From a virus: DNA of 52,079 bases. The translations under genes were made by a program, and so were the position numbers. Where the stretch lies: IMG/VR virus record IMGVR_UViG_3300035192_000069. The stretch is one strand, 5' to 3'. The notes below the pieces were generated by a model. The model saw nothing but the letters and a program-made list of their open reading frames with translations, did no database searches and was not told where the DNA came from. Below are positions 51,685 to 52,079 of this stretch, piece by piece; within the stretch, counting starts at the first letter, position 1; each line of letters starts with the position of its first letter.

Positions 51685-51975
51685 CTACCAAATCTCCCAG
51701 CTATCCGGATCCGCAATCCTCTGCAGGGCTGCGGTGGCCTCCTCGCTCAATGGCTCGTCAATCCACGGGTCATAGTCACCATCTTCATCAATGAGCCAAT
51801 CAGCATACTCGATGGACAGCAGTAATGGACACTGACGAGTCAGCAGCAGCGTAGAAAAGCCAACCGAACAGCCCTTTAGGATTGGTGGCGTCAGTCGTTT
51901 CATCGGTGGGGCCGGTGGGGGCGAAGGTCGTTTCGATATGCTTGGGGGTGGAGGGTTGGGTTGCTTTTTGCTCAT
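51685..51975 (-). CDS. Hypothetical protein with a Pro-rich N-terminus and acidic C-terminus; its start lies in the terminal overlap
   Basis: GAGAAAGG SD; MSKKQPNPPPP...IEYADWLIDEDGDYDPWIDEP. Confidence 0.45.
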   Translation of the reverse strand: MSKKQPNPPPPSISKRPSPPPAPPMKRLTPPILKGCSVGFSTLLLTRQCPLLLSIEYADWLIDEDGDYDPWIDEPLSEEATAALQRIADPDSWEIW

Positions 51976-52079
51976 GGTTTGCCTTTCTCATCATCAGAGT
52001 GTAGAGCAACTCTCCATCCCTCTCAAGTGCTGGTGATACGGGCAATGCGGGCATCCCGGCCTGAGGGCGCCGTCCTCGA
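51953..52079. repeat. Terminal direct repeat, copy 2 (circular closure overlap)
   Basis: Identical to 1-127. Confidence 0.95.

Larger units (their letters stand above)
1..51952. mobile_element. Complete temperate tailed-phage genome (lambda-type head and packaging genes plus Mu-type contractile tail); unit length 51,952 bp
   Basis: Integrase with attP, replication, recombination, lysis, terminase, portal, capsid, sheath, tube, baseplate and fibre genes are all present. The window end repeats the first 127 bp. Confidence 0.85.

Noticed and set aside
51800-52054. 84-aa minus-strand ORF overlapping 51685-51975
   Set aside because: It has no SD and overlaps, in a different frame, the SD-supported ORF that starts MSKKQ. 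It is probably spurious.

Overview
The window is one complete temperate tailed-phage genome. Its first 127 bp (1-127) are identical to its last 127 bp (51953-52079), so the unit length is 51,952 bp and the record closes into a circle.

Layout:
- attP at 10303-10347 carries the 3' part of a tRNA-Arg(CCU). A tyrosine integrase (10608-11717, +) lies on one side and an excisionase-like HTH gene (9826-10044, -) on the other.
- The plus-strand early arm (11.7-23.3 kb) holds an SMC-like ATPase, a putative annealing protein, a YqaJ exonuclease, an ASCH-like gene, a Gp37/Gp68-like gene and many small Cys-rich ORFs.
- The minus-strand arm runs from 10044 through the record junction down to 23357. It holds a replication organiser and DnaB, SLT lysis genes, two beta-class DNA methyltransferases and two lipoproteins.
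- It continues with a lambda-type packaging and head module: Nu1-like terS, GpA terL, gpW, portal, S49 protease, D-like and E-like capsid genes.
- It ends with a Mu-type contractile tail: sheath, tube, chaperones, tape measure, gp43-48-like baseplate genes and fibres.
- Genes are tightly coupled through ATGA, TGATG and TAATG start/stop overlaps.

Most unusual features:
- A reverse-oriented island of five genes of unknown function splits terL from gpW. All five genes share a hairpin-plus-SD leader module, and an ~80-nt intergenic element is duplicated.
- Next to the island sits a dense TGTCTC(A) iteron-like array with an AT-rich block.
- A 689-aa neck or tail-completion protein carries a jelly-roll domain, an Ig-like domain and about 9.5 tandem 21-aa SPAS repeats.
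- A GT25 glycosyltransferase lies inside the fibre module.
- A (D-T/S)n repeat lipoprotein is present.
- Two genes may use recoding.

All functional calls rest on motif recognition by eye. No database search was possible.
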